DNA of 64,000 bases from an uncultured bacterium (lineage in GTDB: Bacteria; Actinomycetota; Acidimicrobiia; Spongiisociales; UBA5794). Under the pieces are notes generated by a model. It searched no databases and was not told the DNA's origin. It saw only the letters and a list, made by a program, of their open reading frames with translations. How positions within the stretch are numbered: the stretch's first letter is position 1; every line of letters begins with the position of its first letter. The position numbers and the translations under genes were made by a program. This document shows positions 61,671 to 64,000 of this stretch, piece by piece. Where the stretch lies: positions 192,001 to 256,000 of the forward strand of contig CAWDDT010000004.1 of the NCBI GenBank assembly GCA_963801165.1, read 5' to 3'.

Positions 61671-61701
61671 GCGATGCGGCCGGGTCGACCTGCCGCATCG
61701 C
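61671..61701 (+). terminator. Hairpin after the small peptide gene
   Basis: GCGATGCGGC...GCCGCATCGC 10-bp arms starting 7 nt after the TGA. Confidence 0.65.
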
Positions 61702-61762
61702 TCATTGCCCGTCTGACCCGGGGCCGGCGGGCGGGTACATTCGGGGTAGGAGAGGGGAGCCT

Positions 61763-62449
61763 GTGGACGTAAAGACAGTGGAGTACGACTTCACGAGGCG
61801 TGGCGCGGCCGACATGCTGGGCCGGGCCGAGCATTTCTACGAGTTGATGAGCCGTCGGCGCAGCATCAGGGAGTTCGCACCGGACCCGGTGCCCGCTGAA
61901 TTGGTCGAGATGGCCATCCGCACCGCGGCTACCGCCCCTTCTGGTGCCAACCGGCAGCCATGGACGTTCGTGATGGTCGGCGAGCCGGCCATCAAGGCGC
62001 GAATTCGTCGTGCCGTCGAAGACGAGGAGCGAGAGAACTACGACGGAGGCCGCCTGCCGAATTCGTGGCGTGAGGCCATCCGGCCGCTCGCCACGACGGC
62101 GAGCAAGCCATATCTCGAGATCGTGCCCTGGATCGTGGTCCTGTTCGAGCAGCGCTATTCGATCACGCCGGGCGGCGATACCAAGAAGAACTACTACGTG
62201 AAGGAGAGCGTGGGTATTGCCGCCGGGGTCTTTGTCACGGCGCTGCACAACATGGGTCTGGCCACATTGACCCATACCCCGAGCCCGATGGCCTTCCTGA
62301 GCCGGGTATTCGATCGGCCGGAGAATGAGCGTCCGTTTGCCCTGTTCCCGGTCGGCTATCCCGCCGCCGAGTGCCGTGTGCCGGATATCGAGCGCAAGCC
62401 GCTCGAGGATGTGTTGGTACGGTTTCCCGGTGGTCCCGCCGGCGGGTAA
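61763..62449 (+). CDS. Nitroreductase-superfamily protein, iodotyrosine deiodinase type
   Basis: RRRSIREF, TAPSGAN.QPW, EERENY, KPYL, YYVKESVGIA, LTHTPSPM. Confidence 0.88.
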   Translation: MDVKTVEYDFTRRGAADMLGRAEHFYELMSRRRSIREFAPDPVPAELVEMAIRTAATAPSGANRQPWTFVMVGEPAIKARIRRAVEDEERENYDGGRLPNSWREAIRPLATTASKPYLEIVPWIVVLFEQRYSITPGGDTKKNYYVKESVGIAAGVFVTALHNMGLATLTHTPSPMAFLSRVFDRPENERPFALFPVGYPAAECRVPDIERKPLEDVLVRFPGGPAGG

Positions 62450-62493
62450 AGGTTTGCTTTGGTCGGCGGGCTCGGCTGCCGATAGGACGATGG

Positions 62494-64000
62494 ATGACTG
62501 CTAGGCGAGAACACACCGCCGCGACCGGGGCCCGGCCCGCTCTAAGTGGCGAGGCAACCGAGTTCTTTGCGCGGGCGAACGCGCCTTTCTTGATCGTCTC
62601 GGCAGATCTCGAGGTCAGAGAGGCGAACCGGGCTGCGGGCGAGCTGATGGGGCTCGGCGCTGGGGATCGTCTCCTTGGCGGGTTCTGGAGTGTCAGCGGC
62701 ACCGCCGTGATGCGGCTGGTCGAGGGAGTGCGGCGTGACGTCGACGTGTCGTCGGTGTCGGCGCGAACCGTCCGAGACCGGCTGGTCGACGTGGACGCCT
62801 TCCTTCTCGATGCAAACGGTGAGGAGCTCGTCGGCTTGATGGTGACCGATCGCTCCAGCGTCGACGAGGCGCAACGGGGTCTCAAGGAGCAGGAGGAGCG
62901 ATACCGGTCGCTCTTCGAGTGGGCTCCGGTCGCGATGAGAGAACAGGATTTCACGGCCGTGGAAGCGTGGCTCGATGAGCTGCGTGCCGCCGGGGTCACC
63001 GATCTGGCTCCGTATCTGGACCAGCATCCTGATGAGGTTCGCCGGGCCATCGGCTCGATCCGAACTACCAGGGTCAATGCCGCCGCGGTCGAGCTGCTCA
63101 AAGCACCGTCGACTCTGGCGGTCTTGCAAGGTTTCCGCGACCATGAGCTGACAACGGAGGTGCTTGACTCGTTCAAGAGCCAGTTCGTGTCAATGTGGGA
63201 ACGGGTTGCCGAACACGAGGCCGATTTCGTCGGGATGGACTACAGCGGTAGCCCTTTCGAATGCCGGCTCCACGCGATCGTTCCGTCGACGAGCCGGGGA
63301 CGCGACATGTCCCGGGTGGTCGCCATCATGCTCGATCTCACCGAGCTGCGGGCGACGACACGTCGTCTCGAGCGTCTTGTCGCCGACAAGAACAGGTTCA
63401 TTGCCAGCGTCAGCCATGAGCTGCGCACACCACTTGCCGCCGTCTTCGGCATGTCCGAGGAGCTGGTCGCTAACTGGGAGCATTTCGAGGCGGAAGAGCT
63501 GCGGGAGCTGGTCGGCATGGTGGCTGCCCAGTCGGCCGAGCTGACCGCCATCGTCGAAGACCTGCTCGTTGCCGCCAACCTCGAGTCCGGGAAAGTTGCG
63601 ATCAACGCAGAAAAGGTCTCGCTCAATACGCTCGCCGGGGCAGCGCTGGCGGATTGCCGGCGATCGTCCCCGGAGCTCGACGTGCCGCCCATAGCCGGAC
63701 CCGAGACGTCGGCGCTCGCCGATGCGATCCGCGTTCGCCAGATCGTTCGGAACCTCCTCACCAATGCCATTCGCTACGGCGGCGACCGCATATGGATGAG
63801 GGTGGGAGCGGACGTACGCCCCTCCAGCGACGGGGTTCGACCGTATCTCGAAGTAGTCGACAACGGCGACGGGATACCTCTCGAGCATCGCGGCTCGATC
63901 TTCGACCCCTACTACCAGGCGGCCGGGAAAGAGAACGTGCTCGGCTCGCTCGGCTTGGGTCTGTCGATCTCCCGTGAGTTGGCGCGGTGCATGGGTGGCG
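62494..64000 (+). CDS. Cytoplasmic PAS-domain sensor histidine kinase, 3' end outside the window
   Basis: Open frame from ATG 62494 (absent from the ORF track because it has no stop); PAS-like EANRAA and RYRSLFEWAP; [36 protein letters not shown]. Confidence 0.9.
   Translation, partial: MTARREHTAATGARPALSGEATEFFARANAPFLIVSADLEVREANRAAGELMGLGAGDRLLGGFWSVSGTAVMRLVEGVRRDVDVSSVSARTVRDRLVDVDAFLLDANGEELVGLMVTDRSSVDEAQRGLKEQEERYRSLFEWAPVAMREQDFTAVEAWLDELRAAGVTDLAPYLDQHPDEVRRAIGSIRTTRVNAAAVELLKAPSTLAVLQGFRDHELTTEVLDSFKSQFVSMWERVAEHEADFVGMDYSGSPFECRLHAIVPSTSRGRDMSRVVAIMLDLTELRATTRRLERLVADKNRFIASVSHELRTPLAAVFGMSEELVANWEHFEAEELRELVGMVAAQSAELTAIVEDLLVAANLESGKVAINAEKVSLNTLAGAALADCRRSSPELDVPPIAGPETSALADAIRVRQIVRNLLTNAIRYGGDRIWMRVGADVRPSSDGVRPYLEVVDNGDGIPLEHRGSIFDPYYQAAGKENVLGSLGLGLSISRELARCMGG

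Noticed and set aside
61404-62449. Peptide plus nitroreductase as an azole-type RiPP cluster
   Set aside because: The enzyme has IYD signatures rather than those of a SagB-type dehydrogenase; there is no YcaO, radical SAM enzyme or transporter, and the peptide has a Sec signal.

Overview
GC-rich bacterial chromosomal segment. Gene content and style (caa3 oxidase, MprAB-like two-component system, LCP protein, Thr-rich surface proteins, CMR-repeat lipoproteins) suggest an actinobacterium, probably Acidimicrobiia-like; this is inference only. It is densely coding, with about 60 CDS: a caa3 cytochrome c oxidase operon, a cell-envelope locus (pseudo-BY-kinase-LCP fusion flanked by two paralogous Thr-rich proteins), YyaL, a sigma-70 factor, a HerA-like ATPase, LOG, ManC, ClC, XseAB, malic enzyme, a cN-II nucleotidase, PsuG plus a PfkB kinase, two ABC export operons, an NYN protein, an M20 peptidase, Zwf, a Dpp/Opp-type importer with an XRE-cupin regulator, an APC-USP permease, an MprAB-like pair, DinG, glycerate kinase, NUDIX, iodotyrosine deiodinase and two orphan histidine kinases (the last cut by the window end). 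I saw no rRNA, tRNA, CRISPR array, integrase or transposase. Best candidates for undescribed biology: (1) a small secreted precursor with three G-(x)-S-W-[T/S] repeats, divergently paired with a multi-TM GAF histidine kinase (putative peptide signalling module); (2) the dead-kinase-LCP fusion with its paralogous flanking proteins; (3) a probable MprA-like regulon defined by 11-bp-periodic boxes. Also present: an orphan YtrA-type operator, a nested domain duplication in a MacA-like adaptor, several short tandem repeats (one frameshifting an ABC ATPase) and a REP-like palindrome at a 5'-truncated gene. All calls come from motif recognition by eye; no searches were run.
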